From assembly GCA_041671645.1 (NCBI GenBank), contig JBAZBD010000001.1, positions 671,234 through 735,233 of the forward strand: DNA of 64,000 nucleotides, read 5' to 3'. Every line of letters begins with the position of its first letter. Position 1 is the first letter of the stretch. This document shows, one piece after another, positions 1 through 8,470 of this stretch. Origin of the DNA: Patescibacteria group bacterium. GTDB lineage: Bacteria > Patescibacteriota > UBA1384 > XYA2-FULL-43-10 > 1-14-0-10-43-13. Made by a program: the position numbers and the translations under genes. A model generated the notes under the pieces. The model made no database searches. It saw nothing but the letters and a program-made list of their open reading frames with translations, and was not told where the DNA came from.

Positions 1-909
1 ATAACTTCTCTGATTTCCAAATTGTGGCGCTTGGCCACTTCGAAGTCGTTCGGATCATGAGCTGGGGTAATCTTGACTGCGCCTGTGCCAAACTTGGGAT
101 CAACATAATCGTCAGCAACGACTTTAATCTTCGCCTTACCCAAGACTGTTTCGATCTCGATTTCTTTGCCAACGTATTCCTTATATCTGGCGTCGCTTGG
201 ATTGACTGCAACGGCAGTATCGCCAAATTTCGTCTCTGGACGAACGGTAGCCAAGACGAGAGGGCCATACTTTATATAGTAAAGCGGATCGACTTGCTCT
301 TCATATTTAACTTCCAAATCAGACAATGAGGTTTGATGTTTGGTACACCAGTTGACCGGGCGAGAGGCGCGATAGGCCAAGCCATCATTATATAGATCAA
401 CAAAAGTCTGATAGACAGTGGCTATAATGTCAGGGTCAAGGGTAAATTTGCCTCTTTCCCAATCGCAAGAAGCACCGAGACGTTTGAGCTGAGACTCCAT
501 TACCTCTTTGTTCTTAAGCGTAAACTCGAGTGTTGCCTTGTAGAGCTCCTCCCTGGACATGTCGAATCGGCTTTTGCCCTCTTTTTCCAATTTCTTCTCA
601 AATACAACCTGGGTTTCAAATCCTGCATGGTCTGCCCCTGGTAGCCAGAGAGCGGCCTTGCCACTGAGCCTAGCAAATCGGATCATCAAGTCTTCAATCG
701 TGATGAAAACGGCATGGCCGAGATGGAGTGAACCGTTGGCGTTGGGCGGCGGCATTATAATAGAATAGGGCTCGCCGTCAGGATTGACCTCCGGCTTGAA
801 ATAGCCCGATTCCTCCCACATTTTGTAGAGTTCGGTTTCGACTTGATTGTGATCGTATGCTTTGGCAATTTCTTTCATACTATTTTTATACCAGAAAGAG
901 GAACGCATT
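1..909 (-). CDS. valS: valyl-tRNA synthetase, N-terminal part (runs off the window start)
   Basis: Manual reverse translation is continuous from 909 to 1. Class I HIGH motif PPPNANGSLHLGHA, plus WLPGADHAG and KFGTGAVKITPAHDPNDFEVAKRHNL, all typical of ValS. No stop inside the window. Confidence 0.85.
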
Positions 910-987
910 TCCACAATTACAAATTAAACAGAAATTCAAAATCTTCCAAGACATCAAAGTTGCTCGACAACACCATATTGAGACCTG

Positions 988-1506
988 TTATTCGGAAATA
1001 GCGCTATGCTTTTCTTTGATCATATCGGGGTAGCCAAGACCAGAGACAACATTTTCTTCATTAATGCCCAGTTTCTGGACAATCTCGTTGAGTATAGACT
1101 GGTCTGGAGCTTCAATCTCAACAAACTCGCCCAAGCCGTCAACTTTATCTAACAATATCTCGGCTTCCATAAAATTATATTTTGTTCTTTCTTTTTGGAC
1201 TTTTACCTCAAAAGGAAACCCTAGCTTCTCAAGAATTTCCTGAGTAAGCGACGCATCGCCGACCACGGTTTCCCATTCATTTGTCTGAAGGTCATCTACT
1301 ACTTCATGATACGCTAGCTCACCACTTTTTTCATTTTGATCAAATCGGATACGCAAATATTTAGTTCGTGCTTGCTCCTGCGGCACATTGAAGTAATAAT
1401 CAATGGTCGTTTTCAGGCCCTTTTTCTCGGCTCCCAATGACTCGACTGTGTCCTTAAGCTCTTCATAATTATCTATCTTGAATTTTCTTTCAATCTCTAC
1501 ATTCAT
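988..1506 (-). CDS. CYTH-domain protein (CyaB/class IV adenylate cyclase-like triphosphate tunnel metalloenzyme)
   Basis: N-terminal EIERKF (ExExK) CYTH signature; about 170 aa, the usual size for stand-alone CYTH proteins. Confidence 0.65.
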   Translation of the reverse strand: MNVEIERKFKIDNYEELKDTVESLGAEKKGLKTTIDYYFNVPQEQARTKYLRIRFDQNEKSGELAYHEVVDDLQTNEWETVVGDASLTQEILEKLGFPFEVKVQKERTKYNFMEAEILLDKVDGLGEFVEIEAPDQSILNEIVQKLGINEENVVSGLGYPDMIKEKHSAISE

Positions 1507-1557
1507 TTTTATTTCTCCTTATGATTTAATCTCAATATTAAATCTTTTTGACAAATA

Positions 1558-1590
1558 AATAAACCCCCGCCAAAGGCGAGGGTTTTGTAA
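1558..1590 (-). terminator. GC-rich hairpin between the Tmk-like gene and the CYTH gene
   Basis: aaacccccgccaaaggcgagggtttt: stem ccgcc/ggcg nested in aaccc/gggtt, with flanking T/A runs. Confidence 0.4.
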
Positions 1591-1607
1591 GTAGTTGCAA
1601 TCGGCGG

Positions 1608-2150
1608 TTAGCCGATCATGTTGAAAATTTTCTGCGCAACTTCATCTGCGCTAAGCAAAGTGGTATCGATAATGTTACCGCAATAGCGGGGCAACATTAG
1701 ATCAACCTCGCGGAGGAGATCAATCTTTTCATCAGTATCTGACAAATAACCTCTGCTATAGAGTCGTTGTAGACGCACCTCCTCGGCGGCCTGTAGGCAG
1801 AAGTAATGGTCAGGCTGGACGATTGGTAATTTTGAGATATCGACAATGTCGACATCAACTCCCATCGCCTTATGAAAACATAACGTCGATATCAAATATC
1901 GATCGCAAACAACTGGACCGCTTTGGAGTAATCTTTCGATTTCTTCCGATGCAACCACATTGCAATTGAGATAAAACAGATATCTGACGAGTGGAGCGAT
2001 CCCCTCGCCATCGTAATATGCCCGCTGCCCAATCATTGGCCCGAACGGAGTTTTGATGAGCGTGGCGCCCATCAAATCGGCAAGAAGTTTCGCTACTGTA
2101 CTCTTGCCAGTACCGTCGATGCCTTCGATGGCAACCATTTTATTCGGCAT
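1608..2150 (-). CDS. thymidylate-kinase-family (d)NMP kinase, paralog 1
   Basis: P-loop IEGIDGTGKST and DRY-type motif VCDRYLIST. ATG at 2150 (MPNKMVAIEG) chosen; ATGs at 2159 and 2138 are alternatives. Ends 11 nt inside the upstream greA-like ORF. Confidence 0.7.
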   Translation of the reverse strand: MPNKMVAIEGIDGTGKSTVAKLLADLMGATLIKTPFGPMIGQRAYYDGEGIAPLVRYLFYLNCNVVASEEIERLLQSGPVVCDRYLISTLCFHKAMGVDVDIVDISKLPIVQPDHYFCLQAAEEVRLQRLYSRGYLSDTDEKIDLLREVDLMLPRYCGNIIDTTLLSADEVAQKIFNMIG

Positions 2151-2634
2151 GATCGTCATCCCCCGGTTGAATCCGCGCAATAACAATTTCTTTCTTGCCA
2201 AGCTTGAATTCATGATACTTTTTTTGGTGAATCAGGGCCTCACCCAAAGGTGACATGTTGGAGATGACCATAATTTTGCCGATTGTTGTCTCCACTTCCA
2301 GCCCCCCTACTTGCTCGGATGAAATATAGACGATTTTCTTGGAACCATCCGAATAGCCCAGAAAAACGATACAGCCGATTTCTACAGTACCATCACCGGC
2401 AATGCCTTCCTGTATTTTTTTGCGAAGTTCGTCGGCGGCTGCAATATAGTTTTGCTTGAAACCATCAGCAGCTGCAGCCTCGCGAGAGAAATCCTCCCGA
2501 TAAGTATCATATCGGGACTCGTTTCTCGTCTGCGAGGTGAGCACTCCCTCTACGGCGCTATCGACATGACCCTGGAAATCCCCTACTTTTCGAAGCAAGG
2601 CTTCCAGGATTTCATTAACAACTTTTATCCACAT
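2140..2634 (-). CDS. greA: GreA/GreB-family transcription elongation factor
   Basis: C-terminal FKBP-like domain ...GKIMVISNMSPLGEALIHQKKYHEFKLGKKEIVIARI aligns with the GreA C-terminus (ISVNSPIARGLIGK...EVEFEVIKV). N-terminal part is coiled-coil-like; 164 aa. Confidence 0.6.
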   Translation of the reverse strand: MWIKVVNEILEALLRKVGDFQGHVDSAVEGVLTSQTRNESRYDTYREDFSREAAAADGFKQNYIAAADELRKKIQEGIAGDGTVEIGCIVFLGYSDGSKKIVYISSEQVGGLEVETTIGKIMVISNMSPLGEALIHQKKYHEFKLGKKEIVIARIQPGDDDHAE

Positions 2635-3544
2635 AATTTACCCCTTCGCCCAGAGACATTATCTCTTCGAGCTGTTTTGATTTGCAGAACTCACTTAACC
2701 TGAAGTGAGACATTGAGTCGGTACGGTGTAAGCAAAGACGAACATAAAGCTCGCCGTCGATTGACTCTACCCGAGTGTTATAGAAACCCTCGAGACATGG
2801 AAGATTGCAGCCAGTGCACATAGTAGTGAGACGCTGGTTGCCAATTAGTTTCACTGTAATTTTGCCCATTTTCGTGTCGTAAACCTTTCTGGTTTCGCTC
2901 GAACCGAGACTTTCGATAGTCTCCCTCCGATTGGCCTGGATAGATTCAAGGACGACGTCAATGTTTTGAAGTGATCTGTCTGAGCCAAGGATGTTTAGAA
3001 GTCGAATATCGACGTCAAATTCACTCAACTGATTAATCACTTCGAGGGCTAACTCGGGGTCATCCCCGACGACTGTGTTCACTTTTGTAAAGATACCCAG
3101 CCTACTGCTTTCTGCGATGTTGTGGATGAGCCGGTCTATTTGTCTTTGGGATAGTGATCTATCCTCATGACCCTGGATTTTGGCCCATTCCGTCGAACGA
3201 AGGGTATGAAACGAGAAATTCACATTATCAAGCCCGGTTGCCGAAAGGGAAGTTAAAATTCTGGAGTTGAACTGACCATTTGTGGTCAAAGAGCAAGCCA
3301 GATCGTGTGATCGCACCAAACCGACCATTTCTGGAAGATCACGATGCAGGGTTGGTTCTCCACCCGTAATATGAAATTTTGAATATCCATATTGGCAGGC
3401 GAAATCGGTCAGCGTGTGAATTTGTTCGATTGTCATCGGCATGCTTACAGCACTACCTTCGCGATGGCAGAAGAAACAATTTAGATTGCAATCATTGATT
3501 ACTTTCGCACGCAAAATTCGGTCTTTAGTTGTTCTAACGTTCAT
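2615..3544 (-). CDS. MoaA-like 'twitch' radical SAM enzyme
   Basis: CNLNCFFCH (CxxxCxxC) near the N-terminus and GGEPTLH. C-terminal CTGCN...DGELYVRLCLH resembles the MoaA auxiliary-cluster segment (CxxCx13C ... DGKLrpCLF). Confidence 0.7.
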   Translation of the reverse strand: MNVRTTKDRILRAKVINDCNLNCFFCHREGSAVSMPMTIEQIHTLTDFACQYGYSKFHITGGEPTLHRDLPEMVGLVRSHDLACSLTTNGQFNSRILTSLSATGLDNVNFSFHTLRSTEWAKIQGHEDRSLSQRQIDRLIHNIAESSRLGIFTKVNTVVGDDPELALEVINQLSEFDVDIRLLNILGSDRSLQNIDVVLESIQANRRETIESLGSSETRKVYDTKMGKITVKLIGNQRLTTMCTGCNLPCLEGFYNTRVESIDGELYVRLCLHRTDSMSHFRLSEFCKSKQLEEIMSLGEGVNYVDKSC

Positions 3545-3764
3545 AGGTCACCTCTTTTTTCAAAGTACTAGCTACATGCATTCCGTTGGAAATGATATAA
3601 CTCCAATTTATCTCAATTACTTGAAATATGAATGTTACTGTGGCGAAAAGTGTGAAAGAAAATTGATAAATCTCTTTCGGTCGAAGGGTATCGCTCTGAA
3701 TCTTTCTGACGATTCCCTTGGATAATGATACTTCTCTTCCTGAGAATATTGGGCCAACAACTTA

Positions 3765-4028
3765 TTAGTTGATAACAAGTTTTGTCGGCTTGATTAGGGT
3801 TACAAGATGTGCACGAAAATTTTCAATTTCGGCGGCACTGTAATTGCCAATCAGGGTGACCGTAGTCATCCCATCATCGCTGAATTTCACAGAAATATTG
3901 AGATTTCTCATATTCGCTGCTCCATCGATGAATATTTTCGCTCTGCCTGCAATATAAAGTTTGCACTTTTTGCAGTACAGGCCTTCTCCAGGAAACACGT
4001 GGCGACATTTCATTTCATTTCCCTCCAA
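3765..4028 (-). CDS. small zinc-ribbon protein (hypothetical)
   Basis: MKCRHVFPGEGLYCKKCKLY carries two CxxC pairs; 87 aa; sits inside the rSAM/HD operon. Confidence 0.4.
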   Translation of the reverse strand: MEGNEMKCRHVFPGEGLYCKKCKLYIAGRAKIFIDGAANMRNLNISVKFSDDGMTTVTLIGNYSAAEIENFRAHLVTLIKPTKLVIN

Positions 4029-4154
4029 TCAAGAAATTAACTATTTATAACATAAACAGAGCTCTAAGTCAAACGAATGAGCTCACTCTTTCCGTTCACT
4101 GAAATAATTTGCGACATAAAAATCCCCCTGCGAGTGCAGAGGGATGGAAAATTA

Positions 4155-4823
4155 CTAAACCTTTTTGAGGTGTTTCAAGAAATCTAGCCGTTGTTCGGCC
4201 AGATTGAGAGTTTGGTGAAGATTATAGGCAAAACGTATCTGATAATCTTCTGGGATGAACCGAGTGCCTTCTTCCATCTTCTCACGGAAAGTGCCAAGAG
4301 TTTCTTCGCACTTAATGATTTCCTTAGCAACGTCTCCGTTGTAAGGGTCTAGATGGTTGACCTTTCGGTCAAGCACGCGAATGGGTAAAAGCTCCCACCA
4401 CTGCTTGGCAGCCTCGAGAAAACGAGGGTAATATAATTCGCGGTGGCGTTTCTCCTCCAAAGGGATGGAAAGAGCGTGGATGCCAAAGGCGATCTGCGGC
4501 CCGTATTTGGGTCCGAAGAATTCAGCAATATAATCTCTGCTAATGCAGATTATTGAGCCATCTGGCCCTCTGAGTTTGCCGTCTTCTTCGAAGTCATGGC
4601 CAATGGCAACGCATTGCGCCAGAAATGATAAACCGAAAACCATTGATTCCTGGCCAACTGCCAGTGAATGACCAACAGCTTTTCGACCGTCACGACGAGG
4701 ATTGAACAAGACTTCGTCAGCGAAGCCAGCAGTCCTCTGGATCAGTCCATAAGCCTCTCCGGAGAGCGCCAATAAACTGATCTTAGTAATGTAGTTGTTG
4801 AATTCTGGAAGTGTCACATACAT
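4155..4823 (-). CDS. HD-domain phosphohydrolase, YfbR-like 5'-deoxynucleotidase family (tentative)
   Basis: His then HD with proper spacing: RKAVGHSLAVG ... AIGHDFEEDG; overall resemblance to the YfbR pattern (VAEHS...LLHDxxE). Confidence 0.45.
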   Translation of the reverse strand: MYVTLPEFNNYITKISLLALSGEAYGLIQRTAGFADEVLFNPRRDGRKAVGHSLAVGQESMVFGLSFLAQCVAIGHDFEEDGKLRGPDGSIICISRDYIAEFFGPKYGPQIAFGIHALSIPLEEKRHRELYYPRFLEAAKQWWELLPIRVLDRKVNHLDPYNGDVAKEIIKCEETLGTFREKMEEGTRFIPEDYQIRFAYNLHQTLNLAEQRLDFLKHLKKV

Positions 4824-4990
4824 CGTGCGCTCTCCTTTTTCGAACGTTCGAGGGATAGATTGTCAAAGTGCTACTTTAAGCAATAAGTAAATAAGCAAAT
4901 AAGCAGGTAAGTTATTCCGAACAACTAATGATAATCTCGGATTAGTGATTCGTAATTAGTTAAATTCTGATTCGTATGAACCGCAGCTAC

Positions 4991-5024
4991 AAAAAAATGA
5001 CCCAGTGGGTCATTTCATTTTTTG
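4991..5024. terminator. palindromic hairpin flanked by A and T runs (possibly bidirectional)
   Basis: aaaaaaATGACCCAGTGGGTCATttcatttttt: near-perfect 17-nt palindrome between an A-run and a T-run. Confidence 0.6.
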
Positions 5025-5286
5025 CGCAGTCTGCCGCAGTCATCCTTCATGTTTTGGCCGGCCTTATCGGCTGGCAGGCCTGCCTCATCGGCTGGCAGGC
5101 ACAAAGTGGTGTCCAAGTATTGTTTGTACTTAAACAGCTTGTGCTTTTCTCTTGACATGTTCTAACTATAGTATTTCAATGCGGTATAGTTGTCAATAGG
5201 TATAGTTTTGTCTTCTCTCTGACTAATTAAAATAACCGCCGCCGATGCCCTAGAGAGGGTTGTCGACGACGGTTGAGCAATCAATT

Positions 5287-5883
5287 CTATTGACCGGAAA
5301 GCTTTCGAAGCTCGCCGAGAACTGATTCGACCAAACTGGTTTGAGTTTCCGAGCCACTCTTGGGGGTTGGTATTCCCCTGGTTGTCGCTGCACTCTTCCA
5401 ATAACAGTCGATAAATACATCTTTTCCGGTACATTCGGTCGCATTTTCAAACCATGTGTTGCGATTTGAGTCATAAATCCTGAAAGTCCCATCGCCGTTA
5501 TCCTTGAGATAAAGATAAGCCCCGTTCTTCTCGGCAAAACCAAGAAGTTCATTGCTCGAGTAGATATGGTTGCTATTTGCATCATCGAAGACACAGATAG
5601 CGTAAAGGCTGCGCACTCCTGAAGGAGGCAGAGGAATCGACCACTTGACGTCCTGCCAATCATTCGAAGACACTGGTATCGATGCCGATGAATACGTAGC
5701 GAAAGAGCTGCCTCCGTCATAGAGAAGTCCAATCCGCGGCTTGGTTGCGTTAGAATGAATATTTGCAACTCCTCGAAGCATCGGTTTTGGGGCGCCTCCT
5801 CCTCCGCACCCGCTGAAGAGGAACATTACAGCCATCGCTGCCAGGGCGATGGTCAGGGACGAAAGAGCGATGTGCTTAAGCAT
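5287..5883 (-). CDS. lipoprotein (hypothetical)
   Basis: MLKHIALSSLTIALAAMAVMFLFSGCGGGG is a signal peptide with lipobox LFSGC followed by a Gly-rich linker. Local GC is higher than the surroundings. Confidence 0.6.
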   Translation of the reverse strand: MLKHIALSSLTIALAAMAVMFLFSGCGGGGAPKPMLRGVANIHSNATKPRIGLLYDGGSSFATYSSASIPVSSNDWQDVKWSIPLPPSGVRSLYAICVFDDANSNHIYSSNELLGFAEKNGAYLYLKDNGDGTFRIYDSNRNTWFENATECTGKDVFIDCYWKSAATTRGIPTPKSGSETQTSLVESVLGELRKLSGQ

Positions 5884-6354
5884 CTCTACTCTCCTTTGAA
5901 TGTAGTTTGCTATTGCGAAGTGAAATCTTTCGCTCGCGAATCTGGCTACACAGTACAACATTATCACGTCCTAGTCAAGTAATTTGCTCGGCATATACGA
6001 AAACCGGCGCGCCAATATGGCACGCCAAGCATTCATTCGTAAATGGCAGAAATAAAAAATCAGTCCGAAGATTGATTGTATGTTTCAAACCATTTATATG
6101 GTTTCTAGAGATTTCATTTAGATGAATCTGCCTGAAATTTCCGAGCTGACAGTGGCTAGCATTTTGTCAACTTTGCTAGTTTAGCATCACATATCGAGAC
6201 CGTCAAAGTTAATTTTGAGCACAAGATTTTATTATTAACGTAAACTGTGGATAGATTCATCTGATGAATCAAACAACAATTCTCTCGTCAAGTGATTGTA
6301 AATGTATACGATATCTTGTACATTACATTTATATATTAATAAATCCTTTTTCCT

Positions 6355-7164
6355 ATGGAAAAAATGGACCAAGCCTCCTTCCGCAAGGAGCACCGCTCGA
6401 GAAATTTGGGGCTCCTAACCGAAGAGGAGCAGACAAAGATCAACAATACTACATTGCTCATTGCTGGTTGTGGTGTCGGCTCACAGATCGCTCTCTCTGC
6501 TGTTCGAATCGGGTTTGAAAATTTTATACTCGTCGATGGCGATACGGTAGAATTATCCAACAATAATAGACAAGGCTACAGCTGGCGCGATGTTGGACGT
6601 TACAAAGTCGATGCCCTTGCTCACAAAATCAAGGCGATCAATCCACATGCCCACATTCGCAAATATCCAATCTTTATAACTGTTGATAACGCGGCCAAAA
6701 TATCTCGCAAGGCTGATATCGTGGTCGACTCTATCGACCCAGACGCGGCCCAAGCGGTGATAGCTCTGCATAGAGCCGCCAAAAAATTTCATCACACAGT
6801 GATCCAGCCCACAGACGTCGGTTGGGGCGCCATGCTTCAGATCTTCACTCCCGATAGCATTTCATATGAAGAAATGATCGGTCTCAATCCCCGAACTCCT
6901 CTCGACAAGATTGATAATGAGGAAGCATTCACAAAATTCATCGATTTTTTTATGAAATTGATGCCTCCTTATGTACAAAAAGTCGCCTTAGATGTAGCGG
7001 AAGGACGACAAGCGCATTATCCACAACCAATCTCGGCTAGTTATATTTTGGCTGCTATGACAGTGGTAGCGGCCAAAAGAGTTGCCCTGGACTTGCCAGT
7101 TAGAGTTGCTCCTGACTATATCTCCTTTGACCCAAATACGATTTTGATCCCAGATGAAAAATAA
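6355..7164 (+). CDS. ThiF/MoeB/HesA-family E1-like adenylyltransferase
   Basis: Rossmann/E1 motif LLIAGCGVGSQIALSAVRIGFENFILVDGDTVELSNNNRQ; 269 aa with no rhodanese domain; overlaps the downstream MFS gene by 11 nt. Confidence 0.75.
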   Translation: MEKMDQASFRKEHRSRNLGLLTEEEQTKINNTTLLIAGCGVGSQIALSAVRIGFENFILVDGDTVELSNNNRQGYSWRDVGRYKVDALAHKIKAINPHAHIRKYPIFITVDNAAKISRKADIVVDSIDPDAAQAVIALHRAAKKFHHTVIQPTDVGWGAMLQIFTPDSISYEEMIGLNPRTPLDKIDNEEAFTKFIDFFMKLMPPYVQKVALDVAEGRQAHYPQPISASYILAAMTVVAAKRVALDLPVRVAPDYISFDPNTILIPDEK

Positions 7165-8470
7165 ATATAATCTGACCCTGATAATTACCGCTTTGGCGGT
7201 AGCCGATTTCTTGGGTGCTATCGACAGCACCGCACTTAATGTTGCCTTGCCCAAAATTACGAGCACTCTCCATATTTCGATTACAACTGCCCAATGGCTG
7301 CCAAACGCCTTCACTCTTGCCTTGGTCGCCCTCCTGATATTCATGGGGAAGCTCGGCAGCAAGATAGGAACTAAAAAATTGTATCTGATCGGACTCGGTG
7401 TATTTGGCATAAGCTCCCTAATACTTGGGTTCACAAACAATATCCCTCTTTTAATTTCTCTCCGTGCGATCCAAGGTATTGCTACCGCCATACTATATAC
7501 GATGCCGATGATTATTATCGCTAATCTCTGGAAGGAGCGAGAGAAAGCATTCGCAGTCACCTCCGCAACATTTGCGGGCGGTATGCTTGTCGGGCCAGTT
7601 CTCGGTGGCATGCTGGCGAATTTGGATTTTGGTAGTTTCTATGGCTGGCATTTAGTTTTTCTAATCAATGTTCCGCTTGTGATCGTTGGCTTGATCATCG
7701 CCGCCAAATACATTCCAGAGATTCCAAAAGTCGAGCAAAAGATAGATTTTGGCAGTATGCTGATCCTATCATCGGCTCTAGCTATCATCGTTCTCTCGTT
7801 TGCCCAAATCAGTAGATACTATTTGATCTTAGGAGCCTTACTTTTGATTGTCTTGTATTTCTACCAACGCAAGATCAAAAATTCGCTTGTCGACTTTCAC
7901 TTATTCCAGAATCAAACTTTTACCGCAGCCAATGTCCTGAGTTTCACATCTATGGTCTCTCTCATTGGAATGTCATTCGTCCTTACCTTCTACCTTCAGG
8001 ATATATTGAAATGGAATTCGCTCCAGGCAGGCTTGGCCCTAATCCCAGTACCAGTAATCACGGGAATATTCTCTGGCATTGGTGGTCAGCTCAAGAGTTG
8101 GCGAGTTGGCGGATTCTTGAGTGCAATATTAATTCTCCTCGGCCTCGCTTTCTTGACTAGGATCGATCCTTCAGTTTCATACGCTGCTGGCATTTTGCCA
8201 GGGCTGGCCTTGGTTTCTGCCGGTAGCGGATTTCTCATGACCTCAATATTTGCCGCAATTATTGGCTCTGCGCCTACAGAAAATTCCGGGAGCGCCTCAG
8301 GGATTCTCAATACTCTTCAGCAAATGGGAGCCCTCATCGGCATCGCCATCATCGCCTCTATCACACTCGAGTACCGACTGGCGTTCACAGTCCTTACGGG
8401 TTGTGGTATCATTGGACTAATATCCGCATTTTTTATTAAGAATAGACAAATTAATACAAGAATTGAGTAA
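7154..8470 (+). CDS. MFS transporter, DHA2/EmrB-QacA-like drug:H+ antiporter family
   Basis: Multiple predicted TM helices with MFS signature AVADFLGAIDSTALNVALPKI; 438 aa. Confidence 0.75.
   Translation: MKNKYNLTLIITALAVADFLGAIDSTALNVALPKITSTLHISITTAQWLPNAFTLALVALLIFMGKLGSKIGTKKLYLIGLGVFGISSLILGFTNNIPLLISLRAIQGIATAILYTMPMIIIANLWKEREKAFAVTSATFAGGMLVGPVLGGMLANLDFGSFYGWHLVFLINVPLVIVGLIIAAKYIPEIPKVEQKIDFGSMLILSSALAIIVLSFAQISRYYLILGALLLIVLYFYQRKIKNSLVDFHLFQNQTFTAANVLSFTSMVSLIGMSFVLTFYLQDILKWNSLQAGLALIPVPVITGIFSGIGGQLKSWRVGGFLSAILILLGLAFLTRIDPSVSYAAGILPGLALVSAGSGFLMTSIFAAIIGSAPTENSGSASGILNTLQQMGALIGIAIIASITLEYRLAFTVLTGCGIIGLISAFFIKNRQINTRIE

Noticed and set aside
5162-5768. Two minus-strand ORFs (90 and 172 aa) overlapping the lipoprotein gene in other frames
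   Set aside because: They are alternative frames of the GC-rich lipoprotein gene. The 5287-5883 frame has the signal peptide and lipobox, and the others have no features.
5990-6354. MccA-like precursor peptide (a short ORF ending in Asn) upstream of the ThiF/E1 gene
   Set aside because: I scanned all forward frames. The short ORFs (MAEIKNQSED*, MFQTIYMVSRDFI*, MNLPEISELTVASILSTLLV*) do not end in Asn and lack Shine-Dalgarno sequences. The 84-aa ORF at 6264 overlaps the E1 gene out of frame.
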